Source of the DNA: an uncultured Myxococcota bacterium
Lineage (GTDB): Bacteria > Myxococcota_A > UBA796
Assembly (NCBI GenBank): GCA_965661045.1
Contig: CBFICN010000003.1
Span: 1-57,479, forward strand
Length of the DNA stretch: 57,479 nt
Reading direction: 5' to 3'
In this document: positions 1 to 9,159 of the stretch, piece by piece
How the letters are laid out: every line of letters begins with the position of its first letter
How positions within the stretch are numbered: position 1 is the first letter of the stretch
Notes under the pieces: generated by a model
What the model was told of the DNA's origin: nothing
The model's database searches: none
What the model saw: the letters and a program-made list of their open reading frames with translations, nothing else
Made by a program: the position numbers and the translations under genes

Positions 1-881
1 AGTGCATTGGCTAAGAATGTGCCAACGTCAGCGGCTTTGTGCAAGTCTACACCGGTGTCGCACCCCATCTTGTGGAATAGGTTGATCAAATCTTCAGTGG
101 CCACATTTCCAGAAGCCCCAGGCGCATATGGACAGCCACCCAATCCTGCCGTTGAAGCATCAAAGGTTCGGATGCCCATTTGAAAGCCCGTCAAGATGTT
201 GGCAAGTCCTGTTCCTTGAGTGTCGTGCATGTGCAATGCAATCTTGTCCAAAGGGACATTGGCCGAACTTAAGGCTTTGACAACCCTTTCCACCAATACT
301 GGATTTCCCATGCCCGTTGTATCACCCAATGATATCTCCGAGATTCCTAAATCCAAGAGCCGTTTGGTCAGTTCAACAGTTGTGTCTACACTCACATCGC
401 CTTCGTAGGGACATCCAAAGACCGTTGAGAGATAGGCTCTGACGGTGGCTCCTTCATCCAGCGCCATTTCCGTGACGATTCGAATGTTCTCGAGGCTTTC
501 AAGTTGTGTTCGGTTTAAGTTTTTGCGGTTGTGGGTTTGCGATGCCGACATAAAAGTGGCGACGTGTTGGATGCCAACATTCAACGCCCGTTCCATACCT
601 TTGCGGTTTGGAATCAACGCCCAAAAACGAACGTCGTCTGCAGCCGGTAGATTTTGTAAAATCTGTTCAGCATCGGATAACTGAGGAATCCAAGAGGGTC
701 GGACCAAACTTGTGACCTCAACATCTTTGTGTCCAGCCTCCACGAGTCTTTCGATCAACTCTATTTTGGTCGCTGTTGGCACAATATCCTTTTCATTTTG
801 TAAACCGTCGCGCGCCGTGACGTCCACAATTCTCACTGGTGCGGCAGTCCAAATGGATGAAGATGTATTCGATACTGACAT
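1..881 (-). CDS. Hydroxymethylglutaryl-CoA lyase (C-terminal end runs off the left edge of the window)
   Basis: Absent from the ORF track because it has no in-window stop. My minus-strand translation from ATG 881..879 gives MSVSNTSSSIWTAAPVRIVDVTARDGLQNE...ALHMHDTQGTGLANIL...GLGGCPYAPGASGNVATEDL, the HMGL/DRE-TIM signatures. GAGGGGA Shine-Dalgarno lies just upstream. Plus-strand ORFs 220..909 are antisense shadows. Confidence 0.9.
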   Translation of the reverse strand, partial: MSVSNTSSSIWTAAPVRIVDVTARDGLQNEKDIVPTATKIELIERLVEAGHKDVEVTSLVRPSWIPQLSDAEQILQNLPAADDVRFWALIPNRKGMERALNVGIQHVATFMSASQTHNRKNLNRTQLESLENIRIVTEMALDEGATVRAYLSTVFGCPYEGDVSVDTTVELTKRLLDLGISEISLGDTTGMGNPVLVERVVKALSSANVPLDKIALHMHDTQGTGLANILTGFQMGIRTFDASTAGLGGCPYAPGASGNVATEDLINLFHKMGCDTGVDLHKAADVGTFLANA

Positions 882-1033
882 GCTATCCCCTCGATTTAGC
901 GCATTGTAACATATTTTTGAATCCTTGTGTGTATCCAAGGCACATCCCTTAGATTGTTTCGGACGTGTCACCAAACCTCTGTACCCTTCGACGTGAGACA
1001 CATGACGTTGGATATATAGACTCTACAGACGAT

Positions 1034-2353
1034 TTATTTGAGTGGCTCAATCTTGACTTTGAGAACACTGTTTTTCGAGTATTGCGTGCAATCCACACCA
1101 GAAATGGTCACCGGTGTAATTTGGTTGAACAGTGCTGTGTGGGTATCTGTGGTGGTGGTGGCTCGTAGGTAATTCTGTGTATAGCCTCGCCACTGTAAGC
1201 GTGGACCGGAATCCGTATTGACGGTTTGAGCATCTCTTTCCCAGAGGACAGAATCCACTTTGCCTATGTGTGCAGCCGCGAACTGTTCTTTTGAGCGTTC
1301 CACAATGGGCTTTATGCGTTGAATTCGGGCTCGGATATCTGCTTTTGAGAGTTTTTTGGACATCCTAGAGGCGGGGGTGCCTGCGCGATCGGAGTACGAA
1401 AATAGGTGCATGTCTCCAAAGCCAATCCGCTCGACGGTCTCAATGGTTTCTTGAAACTCAGCTTCTGTTTCACCGGGGAAACCAACGATGAGATCCGATG
1501 TGATATTGAACAAGGGGGTGTGTGCCCTGGCTTGCTCGACCAATCCCTCGTAACTTTCAACTGAGCAGCGACGAATCATTCGTCTCAATATCGTATTGGA
1601 CCCCGATTGCAGTGGTAGGTGCAGGTGGGGGCACATTCTTGGATTGTCCCACAGACTGATGAAGCCTTCTGGAAAGTCCCACGGTTCTAAAGACCCTATT
1701 CTCACTCTGGGTACATCGGTGTCCTTCAAAATGGCTTCAATCAAGGATCGCAGGTTTTCACCGGTGTCGGACCCGTATCCTCCTAGGTGTACCCCTGCGA
1801 GAACAACTTCCTGATACCCGTCACTGTGTAAAGATCGAATGTTCTCGACGACGTCCGCAATAGAGATGGAGCGTTCGGCCCCACGCGCAGTGCTCACAAT
1901 ACAAAAAGAACACCGATTGTGGCATCCATCTTGAACCTTGACAAAGGCCCGCGTTCTAGTTTGTGCGAAAGCGGGTTGGGCATCTGCAGACTCTGCCAAG
2001 ACTGGCATATCATTGCCCCAAGCAGAGACAATCTTTTCAGCCATGCTGGCCTTGTCTGCATTGGAAACGACCATGTCGACGTGCAACTGATTGGCGATGG
2101 TGTCTTGGGCAAGTGTCGCGTAGCAGCCAGTGGCAACCAGTTTTGCACTTGGGTTGCTTTTGTGAAGGTCTCGCAATCTCTTCTTTGACTTTCTGGTCGC
2201 CTCGTTGGTGACAGCACAGGTGTTGACTGCCATGACGTGCGCATCGCTGGCCGATTGAACGACGGTGTGTCCCATACTGTGAAACTGTCGTTGCCATGAA
2301 GCCTGTTCAGCCTCATTGAGTCGACACCCTAAGAATTCTAAGTAAACATTCAT
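1034..2353 (-). CDS. mtaB: Radical-SAM methylthiotransferase of the MiaB/RimO/MtaB family, MtaB-like
   Basis: 439 aa. N-terminal UPF0004 motif LGCRLNEAE, radical SAM CHNRCSFCIV (CxxxCxxC), C-terminal TRAM-like region. The MtaB versus MiaB assignment is by N-terminal motif resemblance only. Confidence 0.8.
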   Translation of the reverse strand: MNVYLEFLGCRLNEAEQASWQRQFHSMGHTVVQSASDAHVMAVNTCAVTNEATRKSKKRLRDLHKSNPSAKLVATGCYATLAQDTIANQLHVDMVVSNADKASMAEKIVSAWGNDMPVLAESADAQPAFAQTRTRAFVKVQDGCHNRCSFCIVSTARGAERSISIADVVENIRSLHSDGYQEVVLAGVHLGGYGSDTGENLRSLIEAILKDTDVPRVRIGSLEPWDFPEGFISLWDNPRMCPHLHLPLQSGSNTILRRMIRRCSVESYEGLVEQARAHTPLFNITSDLIVGFPGETEAEFQETIETVERIGFGDMHLFSYSDRAGTPASRMSKKLSKADIRARIQRIKPIVERSKEQFAAAHIGKVDSVLWERDAQTVNTDSGPRLQWRGYTQNYLRATTTTDTHTALFNQITPVTISGVDCTQYSKNSVLKVKIEPLK

Positions 2354-2430
2354 GCCTCAAATATATCGACTTTATTGTGTCTTGTCGATATGCTAGCCCT
2401 AGCATTGACGAAGAATAAGGGAGAAACATT

Positions 2431-3321
2431 ATGCCGATTTGGTTCTCGTTTTTGGTGCTTGGCTGTACTAGAGATGTTGTTGTTGGTGTCGAAGACTTAC
2501 CAGAGGGTGAATCATTTGTATTGAGTCTGGACGGTGTACGAATGGACCATCAAAGTGCAGGAATGTGGCGTGCATCGAGCGTTGATATGCGTGAACAGCA
2601 TACGTTGCAATTATGGTACGGAGAACGTGAGTGTACCTTGGACACTTCAACAGTTTCCGGTGAACTTGGTTTTGGAGACTGGAGTCACCAAACTGCTTGG
2701 GAATGTCCGGGCTTGTTGGGGTATGCGATGTATCCAGTCGATGATTTACTGGTCGGGCAGTCAGAGGTAACCGTTGGACTGTGGCAATTGCTTAAAGGTG
2801 AAGCGCAAGAGGATACGTGTGGTGCTCGTTGTCCCAAAAGCAACATCAATTGGCTACAGGCATTGGAGTTTTCGAATCAGATGAGCATCGCTGAGGGGCT
2901 TGAACAGTGCTATCAAAACAATCCAACTGGACAAGTGGATTTGAAGGAGGGCTGTACCGGGTATCGTCTTCCAACGGATGAAGAATGGAGTCGGTTGTCA
3001 TCCAAGGACAGTACACGGCCCTATGCAGATTCAGACAGTGCACCTTTGGTCGGGTGGGTCAGAGAGAATTCTGATCTACAACGCCACCCGGTCTGTGAGT
3101 TGCAACGCAATGGGTATGACCTGTGTGATACCACTGGCAACGTGTGGGAGTGGTGTTGGGACACCCCTGAGCGAACAGAACTGCGGCGTGTGCGTGGGGG
3201 TGGGTTTACATCGGCGCCTGATGTTGCCCGTTTGGACAATGCAGTAGACTTCCCAGCCCATTTGGGAGCCGAACACATCGGGTTTAGACTGGTACGCAAA
3301 GTACCGAATTCAAATCCGTAA
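2431..3321 (+). CDS. FGE-sulfatase (SUMF1) domain protein, probable lipoprotein
   Basis: 296 aa. N-terminus FSFLVLGC is lipobox-like. Motifs GYRLPTDEEWS, GNVWEWCWD, RVRGGGF, IGFRLVR are typical of the formylglycine-generating-enzyme fold. AAGGGAGA RBS upstream. Confidence 0.8.
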   Translation: MPIWFSFLVLGCTRDVVVGVEDLPEGESFVLSLDGVRMDHQSAGMWRASSVDMREQHTLQLWYGERECTLDTSTVSGELGFGDWSHQTAWECPGLLGYAMYPVDDLLVGQSEVTVGLWQLLKGEAQEDTCGARCPKSNINWLQALEFSNQMSIAEGLEQCYQNNPTGQVDLKEGCTGYRLPTDEEWSRLSSKDSTRPYADSDSAPLVGWVRENSDLQRHPVCELQRNGYDLCDTTGNVWEWCWDTPERTELRRVRGGGFTSAPDVARLDNAVDFPAHLGAEHIGFRLVRKVPNSNP

Positions 3322-3411
3322 GCAGTGAGTAAAGACTGGTTATTTTTGTTCGATTCGGCTATTGTCTTCTTCATAAGAGTTGAACAATCAACTATATGAT
3401 GTACATAGATC

Positions 3412-4581
3412 ATGGAGAGTGAGATGACAAGGATGAACGTGGGGAAACTCAGATGGCTGGTGTTGCCAATACTGTTTGCGTGCACTGGTGGAGAAACCAA
3501 TCCAAATGTCATCACGAAATCCGACATTCAGACTGCCGTTCCCCAAAAAGACATTCAAACCATCTGTACGGCTTTGAGATCTCCAGACCCCGAACTGCAG
3601 CAGTTTGCTACTGAGCAACTTCGAATTTTTGACCCTGAGAAGATCAAAGAGTGCTTGAAAGAAGGGTTGGTGGACGCCGAAAGCAAAGCCTTTCGCATTC
3701 CAGTGTTGGAAGGGTTGAAAGGGGAAAAACGCAATGCGGTCGCCCGTGTGGCGGCTGAGTTGATTCAAGACACTGCTCTGACCAACCGAGAAGAAGCCAT
3801 TCACCATTTGGGAGGGGTTCCAGCACCGGCTGTCAATGCTGCATTGATGAAAATAGCGGAAAATACGTCTGATGACGCCAAAGTTCGCGCCGTAGCCGTT
3901 CGTTCCGTAGGTGGTTATACTGACAACTTCGACTCCACGGCGGCATTGTTTGAAGACGGAAATCCTGTGGTCAAAGCGGCGGTGGTTGAGATGCTTGGGT
4001 TGCACACTGGCGAAAAGGCGGCCAGACGACTCATCAAAGAAGCGTTGCCCCATGAAGACGAGAATGTACGTGCCGCAGCAATGAAGTCTTATCGAGCCCA
4101 TGCCAATGATCGTGCTGAAGAAGTCCTTTGTACTGCTATGATGGAGGATGTGTCTCCCATCGTTCGCAAAGCGGCGGTAGAAGCCTTGGAAAAGACGACA
4201 TCTGTGTCTGCTGTTCGTTGTTTGCGCAAACGTGCATTGACTTTGGAAGAAGACAGAGATGTTCGAGCTGCCATTTTGAACAGTTTAAAACTGGCCGAAG
4301 GCAATGCCGAACGTCCAGCCTTTACCGCAATGTGTGACGCGATTCCTTTCTGGTTGCGCAGTTATGTAACCGACAAATTACCAGAAGAAGACCCCGGTAC
4401 CGACATCGTGAAAATGCAGAATGATTATGACCACGAAAATTCTGAAGCCTGTTTTGCAAACGCCTACAAGCAAAAAGCCCAGTACTCTTGTCATGGACAC
4501 AAGTACATTGCATGGTTTTACAAGCAAATGATCAGCAATGAAAATTTGTATGTACCTGAGTGTGAAGAACCCGCTGAATGA
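3412..4581 (+). CDS. HEAT/PBS-lyase-like repeat protein, secreted or membrane anchored
   Basis: 389 aa. Hydrophobic N-terminus (LRWLVLPILFAC), then repeated helical units of the type D..VR..A...LG.. (DAKVRAVAVRSVG, NPVVKAAVVEMLG, NVRAAAMKS, SPIVRKAAVEALE, DRDVRAAILNSL). Confidence 0.65.
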   Translation: MESEMTRMNVGKLRWLVLPILFACTGGETNPNVITKSDIQTAVPQKDIQTICTALRSPDPELQQFATEQLRIFDPEKIKECLKEGLVDAESKAFRIPVLEGLKGEKRNAVARVAAELIQDTALTNREEAIHHLGGVPAPAVNAALMKIAENTSDDAKVRAVAVRSVGGYTDNFDSTAALFEDGNPVVKAAVVEMLGLHTGEKAARRLIKEALPHEDENVRAAAMKSYRAHANDRAEEVLCTAMMEDVSPIVRKAAVEALEKTTSVSAVRCLRKRALTLEEDRDVRAAILNSLKLAEGNAERPAFTAMCDAIPFWLRSYVTDKLPEEDPGTDIVKMQNDYDHENSEACFANAYKQKAQYSCHGHKYIAWFYKQMISNENLYVPECEEPAE

Positions 4582-5105
4582 GAACGATCGTTGACACTGT
4601 CAACCAGTTGAAAGTTTACCGATTTGCATTACCCTCCACTATTACCCCGAACCCAGGAAAGACAATGGGATCCCTTGTAGAAGTATTGAAAGACCCCGCC
4701 ATTCGACCACAAGTAATTGCCGACTGTGAGAAAATGCTCGACGCTGAAGTGGCGTCTAAGAGAGGCATTTCAGGTATGGGTGTCAAGGCGGCATTCAAAA
4801 CACTCAAAGCCATCAAGCCAGGCATGATTCGCCACACATTGGATGATTTGATCGATGAGTTGGCGACCAAAGTGGACCCATTTTGGCAAGAGTGCCAAAC
4901 ACAAGGGGCAAACCCCAGAACGTTTTTTACAAGCAACAGCACTGCGATCGCCAATGCGTTGTTGGAAATTACAGACTTTCGCGCCTCTCAGAGTAAATTT
5001 AAAAATATTGTGCGTGCGTACAATACTTTGCGTCCAAAAGCCGTTCAGTACATTGGCGAAGCGATGCCACGTTTTTCAGAACTTGTGAGCAAGTACGCAT
5101 CCTAA
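4578..5105 (+). CDS. Hypothetical protein (start uncertain: ATG 4578 overlaps the upstream stop as ATGA; alternative ATG 4665 follows AGGAAAG)
   Basis: 175-aa ORF with coding-like composition in an operon context. No motif I recognise. Confidence 0.5.
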   Translation: MRTIVDTVNQLKVYRFALPSTITPNPGKTMGSLVEVLKDPAIRPQVIADCEKMLDAEVASKRGISGMGVKAAFKTLKAIKPGMIRHTLDDLIDELATKVDPFWQECQTQGANPRTFFTSNSTAIANALLEITDFRASQSKFKNIVRAYNTLRPKAVQYIGEAMPRFSELVSKYAS

Positions 5106-5133
5106 GCATTCTACATAGAACGTAGATCATTCG

Positions 5134-6876
5134 ATGTCGTTTAGACAGGGTCGGTTCTCACTCCACAATCGTTGGGTGACCGGTTCTGTTGTTTTTGTGC
5201 TTCACACACTGTTTGTACTGTGGGGGGCAACCACCGGAATTCAAGCGTCTGATTCGTCTGAATTTGTGTTGTCAGCAGCCCAAAATGCTCGGATTCACCC
5301 ACCGGGCTATCCGTTGCTCTCGCTTTGGGTACAGTTGTTTTCAAACCTTGGTGACAATGTGGTTTGGAATACGACCGTTGCGATGGGGGTGTTGCATTCT
5401 CTTGCATTGGTGCTGCTGGTGGATTCGCTGTCTTTTCATCGAGGATCGGAGCACAACGAATCTGAGTCATTTCCCATGTTGCCCCTATTGATAGGGTCAT
5501 TGTTGACGTCACAGCCTTTGTGGATTCGATATTCCACAATCCCTGAAGCCTTTCCAGCGCTCACGCTTGTCTTTGCTGGCCTATATTGGTTGCTTCGTTG
5601 TGGCCGTTCGACTCATCGAACCGCTGCTTTGTTTGGCCTTGTGCTGGCTTTTGGAGTGGGGACGCATCATTTGTTTGTTTTTGCAGCACCGATGATTCTC
5701 CTGTTGATGTGGCGAATGCGGGCACAATGGTACACCTGGTTTGGCATTTCTTTGTTGGGGCTTTGTGCCTATGGACTGTTGCTGTTCTCCGATGAGAACG
5801 GCTGGTCTTGGGGGAGAGTTCAAGATGTCAATGATGTTGTGGCGATGTTCTTTCGCTTGGATTACGGAACGTTTCAAATTACCCATCGTACGGAGATGGG
5901 GACTTGGTGGGGAACACCGTTGGTGTATTTGAACACGTTGGTCCAAGAGTCCTACGGACTCTTTCTACTCGGTATTCTCGGTGCTGTACAGAGTATTCGA
6001 CAAGGGACCGGGTCCTCCAAGTTGGAAATGGGGAGTACACTGGCAGCGTGGTTCTTGTCTTCGGTGGTCGTGTTGGGACTCTTTGGTTTACCCACTGACG
6101 CTGCGAATCTATCCCACAGCAACCGATTCTTTGTTTCATCTATGGTTCTGTGGATGCCTTTCGTCCACAGAGGACTGTTCAACTTTTGTCTAAAAGTGCG
6201 AGATATCCATCGGCAAGGTGTGCAAATAAGTGTCCTGTGTGTGGTGATGCTGTTGATGATGACCAATTACCCTGTGGCTGGACGGTTTGATTCTAGAATG
6301 CAACGTTGGCTTGAACACTCTTGTTCGATCTTACCAGCAGGGTCTATGGTCTTTGTCGCTGGAGATGGGGCCGTGTTTGGCAGTGTAGTGGGTCAAGAAG
6401 TGTATGGCTTGTGTCTAGAGGTGCAGTTTGTATATCCCAGATTGTTGAGCTACTCTTGGTATCGAGAACGTTTGAGTACAGTGGGGTTGTCGGGCACAAC
6501 CATGCGTGAGATTTTGTCTCAGCATTCAGGGGCGGCGTTTACAGTGTTGGGATTGGTGGGAGAAGATCAAGAAAAGGGATTGCCGCCGTCGGTGCCTTTC
6601 GGAGGGTATTGGATGCAATTTATCCCTTCGAACCAAGACCTCCCAACACCTTTTGCAGTAGAAGAACACCTTGTCAATCAAGCAGCACAGATCGAGCAAG
6701 GTATTGAGCATTCATTGTTGCGTCATCAAAGTGCAGAAAATTGGCCCTTGGAGCAATGGGGACACAGTTGGTTGGCATTGGGTGCTGCTTACCGTAGCAT
6801 TGGAGAATTGGAACGCGCCAGCAAATGTGTTGAGTATGGTCGGCAGTGGTTGTCAGAAGATATTGAATCGGATTGA
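5134..6876 (+). CDS. Polytopic GT-C-type membrane protein, DUF2723/TMEM260-like putative protein O-mannosyltransferase
   Basis: 580 aa with many TM segments. N-terminal SDSSEFVLSAAQNARIHPPGYPLLSLW resembles the DUF2723 signature (HPPGYPL). Soluble C-terminal helical region. Confidence 0.6.
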   Translation: MSFRQGRFSLHNRWVTGSVVFVLHTLFVLWGATTGIQASDSSEFVLSAAQNARIHPPGYPLLSLWVQLFSNLGDNVVWNTTVAMGVLHSLALVLLVDSLSFHRGSEHNESESFPMLPLLIGSLLTSQPLWIRYSTIPEAFPALTLVFAGLYWLLRCGRSTHRTAALFGLVLAFGVGTHHLFVFAAPMILLLMWRMRAQWYTWFGISLLGLCAYGLLLFSDENGWSWGRVQDVNDVVAMFFRLDYGTFQITHRTEMGTWWGTPLVYLNTLVQESYGLFLLGILGAVQSIRQGTGSSKLEMGSTLAAWFLSSVVVLGLFGLPTDAANLSHSNRFFVSSMVLWMPFVHRGLFNFCLKVRDIHRQGVQISVLCVVMLLMMTNYPVAGRFDSRMQRWLEHSCSILPAGSMVFVAGDGAVFGSVVGQEVYGLCLEVQFVYPRLLSYSWYRERLSTVGLSGTTMREILSQHSGAAFTVLGLVGEDQEKGLPPSVPFGGYWMQFIPSNQDLPTPFAVEEHLVNQAAQIEQGIEHSLLRHQSAENWPLEQWGHSWLALGAAYRSIGELERASKCVEYGRQWLSEDIESD

Positions 6877-7043
6877 TACTGCTCTTTGGCATTAAAATTG
6901 CAACAACTAGAGTACAGTGTCAGTTGCAGAATGGAACATCCATGAGACAACTGCAATTGTTCAAAAACTTTGACGAAAGTCGAATCAGTTATCAGTCACG
7001 TGCGTTAGTATTTCAGTCACACATCATTTGTAGGAGAAACTGT

Positions 7044-7778
7044 ATGACCATTCAAGCCAACATTCTATCAAAGTCCTGGATGCCCATCGTAGCACTTGGA
7101 GCCATCGCTTGCACGGATGTAAAATCAGAAGAAGTGACGACTGCCGGCATGTATTTAGACTACACGGTTGTAACCCAAGGGGAGGGAACTGGTTCTGAGG
7201 TGAATACGCTGCTGAGAGTTGGCGGAGCGACATCGACTACGTATGTAGATTTATCGGCTGGAGATCAGTTGGCAGTGTCGGTTGCAGATGAAGAAGCGGT
7301 GCTCAATCAGGTCAGTTTGGGCGTTGTGCATTCTTATCAGAATCGTTTTGATGCCGATACAGAAGGCAGTGAGTTCACCTTGAGTTTTGATCGGGCAGAC
7401 CAAGCCGGTGCGCCATCGTCGATTGCAACTTTGCCGACGCCATTTGAGATTACGCTGCCAATTGAAGACGAAGCCTTTTCTCGATCGGTGGAGACAGGGG
7501 AATTGGTCATTGAGTGGGACAATCAAAGCGATGACCGTGTTAACATTGCAGTGCATGGCGATTGTTTTGCGTCTTATTTTGCATTGGATGAAGCAGACAT
7601 GGGAAACCACAGCATCCCATTGTCCTATTTTAAAGACAATGAGTATGACTCTACCAGTTCCTGCGCTGCTGAAGTATCGGTAGAGCGCAGTCGAGCCGGC
7701 TCTGTCGACCGAGAGTTTGGTGGTGGATCAGCCCAAGGTATCCAGTTGAGAACGGTGACCGTACTGCTAGAGCCGTAA
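7044..7778 (+). CDS. Hypothetical lipoprotein
   Basis: ATG 7044 preceded by AGGAGA. Signal and lipobox MPIVALGAIAC. The ORF-track upstream extension (6873..) has no RBS and starts at a non-ATG codon. Confidence 0.6.
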   Translation: MTIQANILSKSWMPIVALGAIACTDVKSEEVTTAGMYLDYTVVTQGEGTGSEVNTLLRVGGATSTTYVDLSAGDQLAVSVADEEAVLNQVSLGVVHSYQNRFDADTEGSEFTLSFDRADQAGAPSSIATLPTPFEITLPIEDEAFSRSVETGELVIEWDNQSDDRVNIAVHGDCFASYFALDEADMGNHSIPLSYFKDNEYDSTSSCAAEVSVERSRAGSVDREFGGGSAQGIQLRTVTVLLEP

Positions 7779-7783
7779 AGGGA

Positions 7784-8323
7784 CTATTCCACCAATCCAG
7801 TGATGGCCTCTGTTAATTCTTCCATGTACACAGGATTGGAGAGGTCGTGTACGGTGAGGTTGTACACAAATCTGAGATTGCCTTCCATGTCGACGACATA
7901 GACATCTCGGTATTGCACATCCCACAAAGTCCAAGCATCCACTTCTTCGGTGTCTTGAAGCCACGGGATGTCTCTTCCCTCAGTGACCCTTTCATTGCCA
8001 CTTTCATAGCCGACACCGTTGACCCCCAAAATCTGTATTGGCAGTTCATCTTCGTTGAAGACGGTTTGCAGTGTATCCAATTGGCCAAACTGACCAGCAC
8101 AGTAGCCTCACGTTGAGTGCCCAAAATACCAGGCGGATATCTTTTCGGGACTGTCGTCTACAAACTGTGTGCTGTCAACCACAGTTTCGTAAAAGTCAGA
8201 GGTTGGATTGACATCAACCACTGAAAAAACTGGCAGCGTTTCTGAAATGTATTCTATGCCACTTGGCTGGCATCCAAAAAGCACAATTGGTAGGACAGGG
8301 GACCACATAGATATCTCCAACAC
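7784..8323 (-). CDS. TlpA/ResA-like thioredoxin-fold lipoprotein with in-frame TGA (candidate selenocysteine) in a U-G-Y-C redox motif
   Basis: ORFs 8108..8323 and 7784..8080 share a frame and are separated only by TGA at 8108..8110. Read-through gives MLEISMWSPVLPIVLFGC (lipobox) ...PEKISAWYFGHST-U-GYCAGQFGQLDTL...VYVVDMEGNLRFVY. This is the redoxin layout with the stop at the first Cys of CxxC. The alternative is a pseudogene or sequencing error. Confidence 0.6.
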
Positions 8324-9091
8324 TTACAACAATCTTTTAACCCGTGACCATAGACCGTCGAGCTCCGTTTTGTACAATTCTCCTCTGGTTTCTCCTCTTG
8401 GGTTTAACCACAGTGAGCCTGCATTTTGTTCCACCGCCATTTTCAGGATTTGTAACATGGGGAGGGCGATTAAATTTAGCCCTCTCGGGTCATATTGTAA
8501 GGCATGCTTTTCATCTGTAAATGCGCCAAAACAGTCAAAATTACCAATGGTATCGCATTTTTTTAACTTGCCATCGTCATTGACAAGAGCGAGTAGCGTT
8601 GCGTCAATCAACGTCGTGTACATTTTCAAGCGAAGTTGATGTTCTTTGCTTCGAGCCAGTTGCTTCATTTGTCCAAGGAGACTTCGATTGTACAGTTGCG
8701 AAGGTGGACTGTCTGTCAACGTCAGTGACAATGTCGATGCATCGACTTGAAAGACGGTGTCACAGATGGCCTTGATGAGAGAGTGCAATTCAGTCAGGGA
8801 GTCCACATTGGACACAGTGAAGAGTTTACCGATAGAATAGCCTTGTCGTCGAGGTTTGAGTTCCAAGTCGAACAGTTGGTGTATTTGCGCATCGGACAGC
8901 CGTTGGTCGACGGGTAGATTTTTATTGCTACACACTTCAAACAACATTCGACTGGCAGGGGTGTAGCTGCGAATGCATATCCAATGAGACGTTCCTTGCA
9001 AAATCAGTTTGTGATTGGGGAGGGTGAACAGTCGTTGTAGAGCTTGTTCGATGTTCATATACAATTCCAAAAAGTGGGTTTGTTCGGACAT
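8324..9091 (-). CDS. Hypothetical cytoplasmic protein (weak resemblance to YbjN/SseB-type chaperone-like domains)
   Basis: 255-aa ORF. Its stop (8324..8326) abuts the ATG of the TGA-containing gene (8323), implying co-transcription. The domain resemblance is low-confidence recollection. Confidence 0.55.
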   Translation of the reverse strand: MSEQTHFLELYMNIEQALQRLFTLPNHKLILQGTSHWICIRSYTPASRMLFEVCSNKNLPVDQRLSDAQIHQLFDLELKPRRQGYSIGKLFTVSNVDSLTELHSLIKAICDTVFQVDASTLSLTLTDSPPSQLYNRSLLGQMKQLARSKEHQLRLKMYTTLIDATLLALVNDDGKLKKCDTIGNFDCFGAFTDEKHALQYDPRGLNLIALPMLQILKMAVEQNAGSLWLNPRGETRGELYKTELDGLWSRVKRLL

Positions 9092-9159
9092 TTTGTGTCC
9101 ATATTTATCAATTCTTTTATCATATGCAATAATAATGTATTAATAGAAATGACATAGTA

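Noticed and set aside
220-909. Three plus-strand ORFs (220..408, 445..684, 712..909)
   Set aside because: They lie antisense to a continuous minus-strand frame with clear HMG-CoA lyase motifs. Their translations are low-complexity with no motifs.
3388-4101. Long antisense ORFs opposite real genes, with no supporting motifs. Examples: 3388..4101, 11878..12582, 14102..14815, 15455..16030, 18392..18946, 35008..35805, 36528..37175, 38354..38821, 47579..48169, 46426..46986.
   Set aside because: Each lies fully inside a motif-supported gene on the other strand. They show skewed composition (Arg/Ser/Cys/His-rich), which is typical of shadow ORFs.
8047-8063. 7-bp hairpin CGUCUUC-AAC-GAAGAUG as the SECIS element
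   Set aside because: It starts about 45 nt after the UGA, farther than bacterial SECIS elements normally sit, and its triloop contains no G. I keep it only as a note; a proper fold or search is needed.
8108-8110. TGA as evidence of an alternative genetic code (TGA = Trp or Gly)
   Set aside because: Many well-supported genes in the window terminate at TGA at the expected protein ends (for example 4579..4581, 19208..19210, 32327..32329, 53975..53977). Codon reassignment is therefore unlikely and local recoding (Sec) or a defect is the better reading.
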